From Candidatus Babeliales bacterium (GTDB taxonomy: Bacteria > Babelota > Babeliae > Babelales > JANWKD01), in assembly GCA_963762115.1 (NCBI GenBank), contig CAVXJH010000003.1:448001-512000 (forward strand): a stretch of 64,000 nucleotides of DNA, written 5' to 3'. Both the position numbers and the translations under genes were made by a program. Below, piece by piece: positions 9,701 through 19,979 of the stretch; within the stretch, counting starts at the first letter, position 1, and every line of letters starts with the position of its first letter. The notes beneath the pieces are model-generated. The model was not told the DNA's origin, did not search any database, and saw only the letters and a list, made by a program, of their open reading frames with translations.

Positions 9701-9969
9701 ATTATTCCATCTTTCTTTATCTGAATCTTCATTTTTTCTGATACCGCATGCAAATCAACAACATCAACAAATACTGGCAATAAAGAATCTTCCAAATCAC
9801 TCATAATCAATAATATTTTCTTATGATCAATTTTGACAAGATCATCAAGAGCAATATCAAAATCAGCACCCTCTCGATTAGTTTTTCGAGCACGAGAACC
9901 AAATAAATAAATTTTACATGTTGGAATATGCTTATGAACAATATCAATTATTATTTTTTTATAATCCAT
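9682..9969 (-). CDS. Minimal nucleotidyltransferase antitoxin (HI0073/MntA-like)
   Basis: YLFGSRARKTNREGADFD = GSX10DXD; VDVVD; overlaps the HEPN start. Confidence 0.9.
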   Translation of the reverse strand: MDYKKIIIDIVHKHIPTCKIYLFGSRARKTNREGADFDIALDDLVKIDHKKILLIMSDLEDSLLPVFVDVVDLHAVSEKMKIQIKKDGIIWSEKK

Positions 9970-9975
9970 ACTAAT

Positions 9976-10848
9976 TTAATAAACCCATTGAAAAAACCTA
10001 CTCCAACGAACACGTTGCCAAAAATCAATTGGATGTTTGATTAAATCAAGAATCCACCATGATTCATGGCTATCAATTGACCACAAGCGCACAATAATTT
10101 TGCCATGAATCAATTTACCGTCAAGTGGTCCCCAAAAACGCGAATCATAGCTTCCCAACCGATTATCACCCATCGCCCAATATTGATTTGAATCCAACGT
10201 GATATCAAAAATATCAACATTCCTACCATATTGATCAAAGGAGGGAGTTTGAGGTAACCGTAACCAATCTTGATCATATGTCTTTGACCAACGCTTCCCA
10301 AGCTCAACGTCATACTCATCCATTCGATAAAAAGGCTGATCATTAAATGAAAAATTTTCATCGTAGGAAGAATGCAATAGGCATTTATTATTATAAACAG
10401 CAATAAGAGGATATTTATTTAAATAAGGTTCATCTAATTTTTCCCCATTACGATAAATAACCGGCTTTCCATCTTCAATTACTCCTTTAATATGATCACC
10501 AGGAAGACCAATCACTCGTTTAGTCCAATTAGAAGGTCCCCAAACATAACGTTGAAAAACGTCCGTAAAATAGTTATGAGAATAATTAAAATTGGGATCA
10601 TTAAAAGTAATAATATCGCCATACTTGATTGGTCGAAATAAATATGAAAATTTATCAGCAAAAAAACGTTCACCAACTAACATGGTTGTTTCCATTGAAC
10701 CCGTTGGCACTTGATACAGACCATAAAAATAAGTGCGAATAAAAAAGGCAATTGGCACAATAATAAGAAAAGATTCTATATATTGAGCAATTTTTGATTT
10801 ATGAGGACGTTTAAGCCAAACACGAAACTTATTAATAAATTCTAACAT
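9976..10848 (-). CDS. lepB: Signal peptidase I, copy 2
   Basis: VPTGSMETT (Ser), WTKRVIGLPGD (Lys), MGDNRLGSYDSRFWG. Confidence 0.95.
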   Translation of the reverse strand: MLEFINKFRVWLKRPHKSKIAQYIESFLIIVPIAFFIRTYFYGLYQVPTGSMETTMLVGERFFADKFSYLFRPIKYGDIITFNDPNFNYSHNYFTDVFQRYVWGPSNWTKRVIGLPGDHIKGVIEDGKPVIYRNGEKLDEPYLNKYPLIAVYNNKCLLHSSYDENFSFNDQPFYRMDEYDVELGKRWSKTYDQDWLRLPQTPSFDQYGRNVDIFDITLDSNQYWAMGDNRLGSYDSRFWGPLDGKLIHGKIIVRLWSIDSHESWWILDLIKHPIDFWQRVRWSRFFQWVY

Positions 10849-10871
10849 TGTTTTCTTTCGTTATATATGAT

Positions 10872-11744
10872 TCAAGATACTCTTTGAAGAAACCGATTCC
10901 ATCGAATACGTTTCCAAAAATCAAGGGGATGTTTGATCAAATCAAAAATAAGCCATGATTCATTGCTATCAATTGACCATATTCTAAAGACAATCTTTCC
11001 ATGTATCAATTTACCATCAAATGGACCAAGAAATCGTGAATCTTTGCTTCCCAGTCGATTATCACCCATACACCAATATTGATTTGGCGCCAAGTGAACA
11101 TCAAAAATATCAACATTTCTTCCATAGTGATCAAACGAAGGCGTTCCCGGCATTAATAACCATTCTTGGCCATACATATCTGACCAACGTTTTCCTAATT
11201 CCGCCTCATAGTCATTAAAACTATAAAATGGTTGATCACTATATGAATAAGCTGGGTCATAAGAACGTGGCGCTTGGATGCGATTATTTTTATATAACGT
11301 AATAAGAGGAAATTTGTTTAAATATGGTTCATCTAATTTTACATCATTGCGATATACAACCGGTTTTCCATCTTCAATAACGCCTCTAATATGATCACCT
11401 GGAATACCAATAACACGCTTTGTCCAATTAGTAGGACCCCATACATAGCGCTGAAACAAATCAACCCAATAATTATCAGAATATATAAAAGTAGGATCAT
11501 TAAGAGCAATAATATCGCCATGCTTTATTGGTATAAATAAGGGCGTAAATTTATCTGAAAAAAAACCCTCCCCAACCAATATCGTTGTTTCCATTGAACC
11601 CGTCGGTACTTTATAAAGTCCATAACCAACCGTTCTAATAAGAAATGCAATCGGCAAAATAATAATGAAGGTTTCAAGATATTCTGCAACGATAGATTTA
11701 TTCGGTCGTTTTCGCCATTGATGAAATTTTTGAACGAGTGTCAT
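10872..11744 (-). CDS. lepB: Signal peptidase I, copy 1
   Basis: VPTGSMETT, WTKRVIGIPGD, MGDNRLGSKDSRFLG. Confidence 0.95.
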   Translation of the reverse strand: MTLVQKFHQWRKRPNKSIVAEYLETFIIILPIAFLIRTVGYGLYKVPTGSMETTILVGEGFFSDKFTPLFIPIKHGDIIALNDPTFIYSDNYWVDLFQRYVWGPTNWTKRVIGIPGDHIRGVIEDGKPVVYRNDVKLDEPYLNKFPLITLYKNNRIQAPRSYDPAYSYSDQPFYSFNDYEAELGKRWSDMYGQEWLLMPGTPSFDHYGRNVDIFDVHLAPNQYWCMGDNRLGSKDSRFLGPFDGKLIHGKIVFRIWSIDSNESWLIFDLIKHPLDFWKRIRWNRFLQRVS

Positions 11745-11794
11745 TATCGCTGATCTTTCGATTTAAATGTTATTTCAAAAAATAATCTGTTATT

Positions 11795-12726
11795 TTATCT
11801 ACTTAAATTTCGTAAAGGATTAATACGCTTACCATCTTCAATTACTTCAAAATGTAAATGCCATGCTTTTTTACCATGCACATACCCCGTGTCTCCAACA
11901 TGACCAATTAATTGACCAGCATTAACATAATGCCCTTTGCTGACTAACATGGAATCCAAATGCGCATAACGCGTTCTAAAATGTTCATTGTGGGCAATCA
12001 CGAGCGAATTCCCATAACCTTTTGGTGTATAAGAAGACTCAATAACAATTCCTTTTGCTGCCGCATAGACCGCCGTACCTTTTAATGCTGCCATATCAAT
12101 ACCATGATGAAATCCCCATGCTTTATCATTCTTTTTCTTTCGAGGACCAAATTTTGAGCTTAACCAAAACTGTGATCTATCAATCGGCCATTGTAAAGTA
12201 AAATTTCGATATTGCGTTAAACTATAATGCTGTTGCGTTGTATGATTACGCGAACGCACACGTCGATTTTTATTGTGCCCTTGCTTAATCGAACGAGCAA
12301 ATGATACTTGTGAAGCTATTGCTTGCCCATCGTAACTATCATATACATCAGACAATAGAGATTCAAGATTATTTGCTTTACCAAATGACAAAGCTGAATC
12401 GCGTAAATACAAAGTATCACGATTCACCACATTAAATTGAGTCTTCAACGATTCATCATTATCGAGTATATCAACAGAAGAAGAAATATTATCTAATAAT
12501 TTTTTTTTTTATGTATACTGCAAGCCTCTTTATATGCTTGAATATACATTTGATATTCATCTTGCAAAATCACCATTCGCCGAGATTGCTCTCTAAAAAA
12601 CTGATATTCTGCAATCAACAAACCGGTTGTAATAAGCATTAAGACACATAATAGAGTAAAAAATAATGTACCTAATGCACTAAAAGTATGCTTAATCGTT
12701 TTATTCCTATTGTTAACAACTAACAT
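11795..12726 (-). CDS. M23 metallopeptidase with N-terminal TM and coiled coil, split by a frameshift in an A11 run at 12500-12510
   Basis: HHGIDMA, YGN, YAHL, HLHFEV. The upstream 77-aa ORF joins the M23 frame if the A11 run is read as A12. Confidence 0.85.
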
Positions 12727-13426
12727 ATTCTAAAGCGTCAGTCTTAAGCCAGCCTGATTGATGATCACGGCTTACTTTGCACCATGCACCTCGCTTTTCA
12801 TGTATTACGACTTCTTGTCCTCTTGCTATCTTTCCTCGTTTACTAAATTGCTCATCAGTACCAACAAACAATAACGCTTCTTCATTTTTTATGATTCCAC
12901 GCTCCTTAGAAAGCAAAAAAACTTTTAAGGTGAGCCCAGAACTTATAACGCCCTGAGGCAGCAAGAGAAATAAGAGCCAAATTTTTTTACGCAAAGATCT
13001 AACCCAACATAATCCAAATAAAAGTATATACCAAGATAACAAAAACAAAAACTGCCATAATCCAATTGAATATGACTGTACCCAATTTTCACACGCGTTT
13101 AAAATTTTATTTTTATGTGTTGCTTCGATCCGTAATTTCTCGGCTGCTTTTTGGCAATTGTGCTCAATGGGTAATCCTACACAGCCCCTATTCTCAGCTT
13201 TTCGCCAATAAATAAGCGCTGAAACATAATCTCCTATACGATACCAACAATTACCCATATTATATAAAACAATACCACTTTTCGGTTCAATTTTTTCATA
13301 TAAATGTAATGCTTGTTTATATTCTTTTTGCTGATATGCAGCATTTGCTTGCAAAAAGAATTCTTCATAATTAGCAGAACAAAAAAAAGGAATCAAAACA
13401 AAAAAAATTATATTCAACATCATCAT
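12713..13426 (-). CDS. batE: BatE-like TPR plus SH3 protein
   Basis: FFLQANAAY, YNMGNCWY TPR, two TMs, C-terminal WCKV..GW SH3. Confidence 0.8.
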   Translation of the reverse strand: MMMLNIIFFVLIPFFCSANYEEFFLQANAAYQQKEYKQALHLYEKIEPKSGIVLYNMGNCWYRIGDYVSALIYWRKAENRGCVGLPIEHNCQKAAEKLRIEATHKNKILNACENWVQSYSIGLWQFLFLLSWYILLFGLCWVRSLRKKIWLLFLLLPQGVISSGLTLKVFLLSKERGIIKNEEALLFVGTDEQFSKRGKIARGQEVVIHEKRGAWCKVSRDHQSGWLKTDALEYVSC

Positions 13427-15135
13427 AATTTTTCTTCCAGTTGCTTAAGCCAAATTTCAGCTCGTTTAACTAATTCTGCATCTATTTTTGTTTTATTTTT
13501 TGGCATAAAAGCAGCCTCTTCAAGCTTATGAAAAAAGCGACGCCATTGTTCAATTACATCATGAGAAAATCCTACGTGGTTCAATTTCGCTTCGATAACC
13601 TCGGCAGTAAGATCTGATAAAGATAGTTGCAACCGGTCAGCAAATAAATTCATAAAAATGTCATAGAGCGAAAACGATATCATAGTTGTTTTGTTATTAT
13701 TTTTGAGCTGCTTTTTGGCATGCTTAAAGGCATATTTTTTCGTTAAATACTGTTTATGAATGTTTCTGTATTCAGAGATATACATTCCTGCAAAATAATA
13801 GCAACAATACAAAAGTGGTAACAACGTTGCTAGTAAAAACCAAAACCATGATAACGATCGTTCTTTTTTTAATAACCAAGATCCAGTTACCTGTAAAGGA
13901 AAAATATCATCCTCATCAAAATCAATTACAACAGGTCCATCTGGTTTTATTATTTGCTCATTTTTAATCAATTGATTAGGCGTAATGATAATTGGTAAGG
14001 GCTTCGTTTTTAACATCTCAAATACTTTTGTTTCTGTATTAAAAAAAGTAAATACCTGCTCAGGAATCTCATAAGAACCCGGTTTCATCCCCTGCACAAT
14101 ATATTCAAAAGATTTTTTATAATGAGCCACACCATTTTGATGATTAATCATTTTTGACTCATAATATTTTAAACCATCTTGAATAACTAAATGGGGTGCT
14201 TTAATTTCATCTAAATTAGTTTTACCTTCCAGCATTAATGTCAACACCATTCCTTCACCCACATGAGCTTTTTGTTGATTAAGAGTTGCACTAAAATGGG
14301 AAAAAACACCAATGGCATCAAGAATGCCAGCATGATAGGGCAAAGGATCAATAACGAGAGAGAGATCATTAGAAAAATAATTTTGTGGCGGTGAACCAGC
14401 ACCCAATCGATGCAGCATCGCGCTAAAAAAGTCTTGCGATCGTTCTTGCTTATTAAGCAATTTACACTGCGCCCTGAATGGTGGAATGATAAGCGTACCT
14501 ACTTTATTCAATGTTAACTCCGCATGCCACTCTGCATATTCATACATAACGTTGTCAATGGTGACCGTTCCCCGGTCAATCTGCTTTAATTCACTTAAAC
14601 TACCCATTGATGGATCTAATTTAGGTTGTTCGATAGACATAAGTTCAGTTGGCACGCGCGTATTTAACCGAACACGCACAACGATTTTTTCACCAATAAC
14701 CGCTCGATCAACACTAGTCGATAACTGCACAATAACATCCTGCTGTTGTTCTTGCACAACCGAAAAGGAAAGAACATTTGACTTACGAGTAGTTCTTCTT
14801 TCACCAATCATATGCGCTGGCCCAATAACATAGGTACCTATCGTATCAGCTCTAATTACATACGTATGTTGTGTCGTAACTTTCGACATCATAGTAAGGC
14901 GACTTGCTCCGCGAAATTCATGATGCAACGCATTAAGACCTGGTATAACAAGCTTGTGCAAATCCTGATTACCATCAGCTTTTATTTCTAGCAAATAAGA
15001 AACACCGCGCATTAACTCTTGCACCGAATGTCCGTTCATATCCGTAACATTCAGCGTTAATACATCGGTGCGAGCAAATACATTTGCAAAAAAAACCGTT
15101 ATTAAAAAAAATATTTTACCAATTTTTTTGACCAT
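13423..15135 (-). CDS. batD: BatD family protein
   Basis: Signal peptide from ATG 15135, GTYVIGPA, PGSYEIP..FTFFN, C-terminal TM; bat operon context. Confidence 0.85.
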   Translation of the reverse strand: MVKKIGKIFFLITVFFANVFARTDVLTLNVTDMNGHSVQELMRGVSYLLEIKADGNQDLHKLVIPGLNALHHEFRGASRLTMMSKVTTQHTYVIRADTIGTYVIGPAHMIGERRTTRKSNVLSFSVVQEQQQDVIVQLSTSVDRAVIGEKIVVRVRLNTRVPTELMSIEQPKLDPSMGSLSELKQIDRGTVTIDNVMYEYAEWHAELTLNKVGTLIIPPFRAQCKLLNKQERSQDFFSAMLHRLGAGSPPQNYFSNDLSLVIDPLPYHAGILDAIGVFSHFSATLNQQKAHVGEGMVLTLMLEGKTNLDEIKAPHLVIQDGLKYYESKMINHQNGVAHYKKSFEYIVQGMKPGSYEIPEQVFTFFNTETKVFEMLKTKPLPIIITPNQLIKNEQIIKPDGPVVIDFDEDDIFPLQVTGSWLLKKERSLSWFWFLLATLLPLLYCCYYFAGMYISEYRNIHKQYLTKKYAFKHAKKQLKNNNKTTMISFSLYDIFMNLFADRLQLSLSDLTAEVIEAKLNHVGFSHDVIEQWRRFFHKLEEAAFMPKNKTKIDAELVKRAEIWLKQLEEKL

Positions 15136-16137
15136 GGCGACTCGGCATCTGTTGTTGAATTTGTCTTTTAAACAATGCTTTCGACATCTGTGCATCATGC
15201 TGCTCAACTAATTGTAGTAACATTGTTTCTTTATCAGTAGGTTCTTGTGAAACCTGTTTATCATTTGTACCATCATTTTTTGCCTCTTGCAATGCTTCTT
15301 GCGCGTGGTTTTGAGATGCTTGATTTTGACATGCAGCTTGCTCGTCTTGTTTTTCTTGAGCCGATTGTTGATCTTGCGATTGCGCTGATGATCGATCATC
15401 AGAAGCATTTTTTTGATTTTCAAAATTATTTTTTTTGTTTTGAGCATCATTACTTGCATCAGATTTCTCTTCTTTATCTTGCTCATCACGCTGCTTAGGA
15501 TCTTGATTTTGCTTATTGCGCTCATTCTCTTTTTTTCTTGTTCGGATGAAGAATCTTGTTTTTGTTCTTGAGATTGTTCATCATCATTTTGATTATCTTG
15601 TTGCTTATCTTGCTTATTTTTATCGGTATCTTTTTTATCAGAATGATCATCATTATCGCTCTTTTGATCTTTTTTATTCTCATCAGATTCTTTTTTTTGC
15701 TGATCTTCTTGTTGCTTTTTTTCTTCAAGAATTTTTTTTATCTGATCAATCATCTTTTGAGCATATTCATTATCCGCATTTATTTTTAACACTTCTTCAT
15801 AACTTGCTAAAGCATCTTCCCACTGCTGCATATGTACTTGGCTCAAACCACGATCATACCATGCTTGCTCTCGTAATGACGCTGACGCTGTTTTTGTTTG
15901 CGTTACAAGATTAAAATATGCAACAGCTTTAACAAACTCTTTTTGTTTTAAGGCAACTTTACCAAGATTATAAGCAACTTCGGCATTATCTGGTTCCTGT
16001 GTAAGCATTTCATCAAGTAAATACTGCGCTTGCTGCATATCACCTTGTTTATACGCATTTTGCACACGATATTTTTCAAAATAACATTGCATCGTGCCAG
16101 TCATTGTTATAAATAACAACACAATCATTTTTTTCAT
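15116..16137 (-). CDS. batC: BatC-like TPR protein, frameshifted at the A7 run 15530-15536
   Basis: TPRs (YNLG, WYDRG) and a Q/D/K-rich linker. The -1 frame continues the linker and ends in GQKNW-stop, overlapping the batD start. Confidence 0.85.
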
Positions 16138-17144
16138 AATAACCACGCAATAAAAAAGCATATAAAACTAATTGCTACAAAATAATTATAATGATCTTGC
16201 AATGCAGAGATCTTTTTATCATCAAATTCAGCCTTTTCAATCGTCTCAATCGAACGAATTATTTTTTTTATATCACTCATATCATTATCATGAGCAAGAA
16301 CATACACACCGCCAACTCCTTCAGCCAAGCTCATTAAAATTCCTTCATTCAGCTGAGAAATCACCACAGAACCTTGCTCATCGCGTTGATAATCAATTTG
16401 TTTTCCTTGATCATCAATAATAGGAATAGGCGCACCTTCGGGAGTTCCAACGCCAACAGTAATAATAGGTAATCCTATGCTATGCGCTTCTTGTTTGACG
16501 GTTGCTAAATTACTAGAAAAATCCTCACCATCAGTAAAAACAACAAGTGCTTTATTTTTTGTATTCAACTGATTTTTATAAAGCATAATTACTTTTTGTA
16601 AGACGCGATCCAATGCTGTTGTGCCAGAAGAAATTGTTTCAGAATCAATTTGATCCAAAAAAAGCATAAACGCTGCATAGTCTGTTGTAAGCGGACATTG
16701 TACAACGGGTTCTCCAGAAAATAAAACCAAACTAATTCGTTCTGATGCGAGCGAATTAACTAATACTTTAATTTTTTCTTTCGCAAACGCCAAACGATTG
16801 GGCTTGATATCTTGTGCAAGCATGCTTCTAGAAACATCGAGAGCAATAATAAGATCTCGACCTTGTTGTTTGATTTGTTCTTCTTTTTTATCCCATTGCG
16901 GTTGCAATAACGCAAAAAATAATAAAATCATCGCACAAGAAATCAAGAAAGCTTTATACCAATTTTTCTTTGCTGAATAATGGCTAATTAATGCCGAACG
17001 CCATTGCGGCGCGCTTAGTAACTCAATAGCATGATGTTTTTTTTTGTAATACCAAATCACTAACACAATCATAGCAATCACGAATGGTAGATAAATGCTA
17101 TAATGAGCACTAGCCCATGTAATGCCAAACAAACTCATTTTCAT
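16134..17144 (-). CDS. batB: BatB VWA-domain protein
   Basis: PQW, DVSRSM MIDAS, PNRL, PLTTD, TDGED, GVGTPEGAPIP. Confidence 0.88.
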   Translation of the reverse strand: MKMSLFGITWASAHYSIYLPFVIAMIVLVIWYYKKKHHAIELLSAPQWRSALISHYSAKKNWYKAFLISCAMILLFFALLQPQWDKKEEQIKQQGRDLIIALDVSRSMLAQDIKPNRLAFAKEKIKVLVNSLASERISLVLFSGEPVVQCPLTTDYAAFMLFLDQIDSETISSGTTALDRVLQKVIMLYKNQLNTKNKALVVFTDGEDFSSNLATVKQEAHSIGLPIITVGVGTPEGAPIPIIDDQGKQIDYQRDEQGSVVISQLNEGILMSLAEGVGGVYVLAHDNDMSDIKKIIRSIETIEKAEFDDKKISALQDHYNYFVAISFICFFIAWLL

Positions 17145-18130
17145 ATAATAAACCAAATAAAAGATACCAGTAATTCTATTAATAAAACTATAAATGCACC
17201 AAAAACAAAGTAGTGATAAAGATCATAATACTGAGTGAAAATATCAGTTTCATATTCTGTTTTTTCTAACCTATCAATTGTTTCATAAATTGTTTTCATA
17301 TCATTCGGTTTTTTTGCTTCAAAATAACGACCACCAGTTTGTTGCGCAATGTAATGCAATAATTCTTTATTAACACCAGGAATTGCTTGAACGCCCCTAA
17401 AAGGATCGTTAAAATAACGCACTCCATCATACCCAATGCCAACAGTATAAATTTTTATGCCTAATTTTTTTGCAACAGCAACTGCCTGTTCCACCGGCAC
17501 ATCTTCAGCACTTGGCGTTCCATCCGTTAACACAATCATTATTTTATTAGCTGCTTTAGAATTTTTCAATCGATTAGCAGCCATAATAATACCAAGACTC
17601 AACACCGTTCCAGAAGGATCAATAATACCAATTTGCGTATCATGCATAATTTCTTTTAAAATCTTTTTATCCAATGTTAAAGGGCAACGAGAAACCGCAT
17701 CATGCGCAAAAATAACCAAACCCAAAGGATCATTTTCTCGCTTATCTATGAATTTTATAGCTTCTTGTTTTGCAACGTGTAATCGTGAACGTTGATCATT
17801 TGGATCATCACAAATTTGCATGCTCCCTGAAACATCAAGCACCAACATCATATCAATGCCTTCAACGTTAATTTTTGATTTTACATCAACAATACGTGGT
17901 TGCGATAACACTATTGCCAAAAGCATCAAGACCAATGATTGTAACAATGGCGACACATAAAACACCCAAGTCTTCTCAACACCTTGACCATTTTTCTTCA
18001 AATACGATGTTAGAGGAAAATGGTACGATACTTGTTTTTGACGAGTAATTTTATACCACAAGAAAATGAGAATAAGCGGCACCAAACTATACAAAATCCA
18101 AGGATGCACACAATGCATAGTAAATATCAT
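17141..18130 (-). CDS. batA: BatA VWA-domain protein
   Basis: EGIDMMLVLDVSGSM, PLTLD, LTDG, IYTVGIG, TGGRYF, IDRLEK; probable ATG at 18130. Confidence 0.88.
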   Translation of the reverse strand: MIFTMHCVHPWILYSLVPLILIFLWYKITRQKQVSYHFPLTSYLKKNGQGVEKTWVFYVSPLLQSLVLMLLAIVLSQPRIVDVKSKINVEGIDMMLVLDVSGSMQICDDPNDQRSRLHVAKQEAIKFIDKRENDPLGLVIFAHDAVSRCPLTLDKKILKEIMHDTQIGIIDPSGTVLSLGIIMAANRLKNSKAANKIMIVLTDGTPSAEDVPVEQAVAVAKKLGIKIYTVGIGYDGVRYFNDPFRGVQAIPGVNKELLHYIAQQTGGRYFEAKKPNDMKTIYETIDRLEKTEYETDIFTQYYDLYHYFVFGAFIVLLIELLVSFIWFII

Positions 18131-18137
18131 ATGATTA

Positions 18138-18860
18138 TCACTGCTCCGTTGTAGTATGACTGATAAACCAAGCACGAACTCGTCGCGTAAAATCTGCATC
18201 TGATTCATGAGGTTCAATAATAAATGGCTTTCCAATAATTATGGTAATAGGAGAATAATTAATATAAAAGCTTCCCGGAGGGTATACTTTATTCACCTTC
18301 TCAATAAAGATGGGGACAAGAGGACATTTAGCTTTTTTTGCTAATAAAGAAAAACCTTTTAAAAATTCATGAATTTTGCCATCAGTATAACGGCCTGCTT
18401 CAGGAAAAATTATAAGGTCACGTTTTTTCTTGCCATCAAATATTTTCAATGCTTTTCTCAAACTTGCTAGCGCTTTTTGAGGCGTTGATGGGTCAACAGA
18501 AATTCCCATTCGCTTACCAAGAAAACCTAAGAATGGCACTGCAAGCAGTTCGTGTTTAAAAAACCAAATATTAGGATAACAATGCAACACATTACCAACA
18601 AGAGGAATATCCAATGCTGATTGATGATTTGCAGCAATAATCGCAGGTTCATGAGGTATATTTTCTTGACCAATAATTTTTATCGGCAAACATAACGCAC
18701 GCACAGTGACTTTATAAAAAATACACATACACCAATAATACAAAGGATTATCATAACGAATTTTTTCTGGTAACAAAGCAAACACAATACAAGGGAGAAT
18801 TGTTACTATTCCTATCAAAATAACAACCGTATAAAAAAATAATGTTCGTATTATTTTCAT
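18138..18860 (-). CDS. plsC: 1-acyl-sn-glycerol-3-phosphate acyltransferase
   Basis: ANHQSALD, FPEAGR, PLVPI. Confidence 0.88.
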   Translation of the reverse strand: MKIIRTLFFYTVVILIGIVTILPCIVFALLPEKIRYDNPLYYWCMCIFYKVTVRALCLPIKIIGQENIPHEPAIIAANHQSALDIPLVGNVLHCYPNIWFFKHELLAVPFLGFLGKRMGISVDPSTPQKALASLRKALKIFDGKKKRDLIIFPEAGRYTDGKIHEFLKGFSLLAKKAKCPLVPIFIEKVNKVYPPGSFYINYSPITIIIGKPFIIEPHESDADFTRRVRAWFISHTTTEQ

Positions 18861-18869
18861 AAAAACAAC

Positions 18870-19706
18870 CTATTTTGCATCAAAATAACGTTTAAATTGC
18901 TCATGAACCTGTTTAATATAAAAATTCGATACAAAGCAAAAAAAGATCGGCAATATCAATTTCGCCAAATCATTTGAAACAATATATAAAATATTTGCAT
19001 CAATACTAAATAACAATGCATATTTTAAACTACTAAAAAGCATATTTCTCATTAATAACCAACTTGCTGTCGATACCATACCTATAATAATAAAAAATGG
19101 ATAATTATAAAACACCATCTTAATAGACCTATATACAATTTGAAGTTGCGCAAAAAAATTAAGAGATATATCAAGAGAGAAAAAAATAAGCACCATTAAA
19201 AATGGTGAAGCATAAATAGTAGGTATAAGAGAAAATGGCGCAACAAGAAATGGCAAAGCAAAAAATTTTATGATAATACTCCCAATAAGACTCCACTCAA
19301 AAACAGGCTTTAACATTAAAACAATAACAGGCCAAGCAAAACGCGATATCATAGTAAAAAGTACAAAATAACCGTAATACATGCCATGATCACCATAATA
19401 TTGATAGTTTTTTAAGCTAATTGACGGTCGTATGGTTAAAAAGGTAACAAAACCAAGTAAACACCATGCCAAAAACCAAATAATGCCGATTGCCTGATAT
19501 AAAGTAGGTGTAAAGGCATACGTTTTATAAACAATATCAGTCCCTACACATAACAAAAATAACCACCAGAATTTTTTAATCAAAATCCCATATGTTTCAA
19601 TAATGGTCTTAAGAGTTACTAAAAAAAACAGCTTTCCATGAGCTGGTGCAAAGATTCTTAACGATTGAAGCCAAGAAGCAAAAAATTCTTTTATAGATTG
19701 AAGCAT
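18870..19706 (-). CDS. Hypothetical polytopic membrane protein
   Basis: 278-aa ORF with multiple hydrophobic segments. Confidence 0.7.
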   Translation of the reverse strand: MLQSIKEFFASWLQSLRIFAPAHGKLFFLVTLKTIIETYGILIKKFWWLFLLCVGTDIVYKTYAFTPTLYQAIGIIWFLAWCLLGFVTFLTIRPSISLKNYQYYGDHGMYYGYFVLFTMISRFAWPVIVLMLKPVFEWSLIGSIIIKFFALPFLVAPFSLIPTIYASPFLMVLIFFSLDISLNFFAQLQIVYRSIKMVFYNYPFFIIIGMVSTASWLLMRNMLFSSLKYALLFSIDANILYIVSNDLAKLILPIFFCFVSNFYIKQVHEQFKRYFDAK

Positions 19707-19979
19707 CGGAAACCCCTTATATTTATTTTCTTATCAATAATTATAAAATAATTATTTTATCTTACTCTTACAGTCAATAAAAAACTGACTTATGGAACCC
19801 TAGTTTTTAGAGTAATATATAAAAATATTTGACATTTTGAAAATATTTATTTTACTATTAAAGAGTAAATGATAGTACCTAAGGCCATAAACACGTACTT
19901 TACCAAACTGTTTATTAGGTTCAAACTATAGCGAAAAAAAATTATAGCAAGTGTTTAAAAACGAATTATGTAAGATAGT

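Noticed and set aside
8389..9969. tRNA-integrated island carrying the TA pair
   Set aside because: No integrase and no duplicated tRNA 3' end were seen, and the TA pair lies on the 5' side of the tRNAs.
15208..15529. ORF-track C-terminus of the 317-aa protein and the extended N-terminus of batD
   Set aside because: These are wrong-frame read-throughs caused by the batC frameshift; the true batD start is about 15135.
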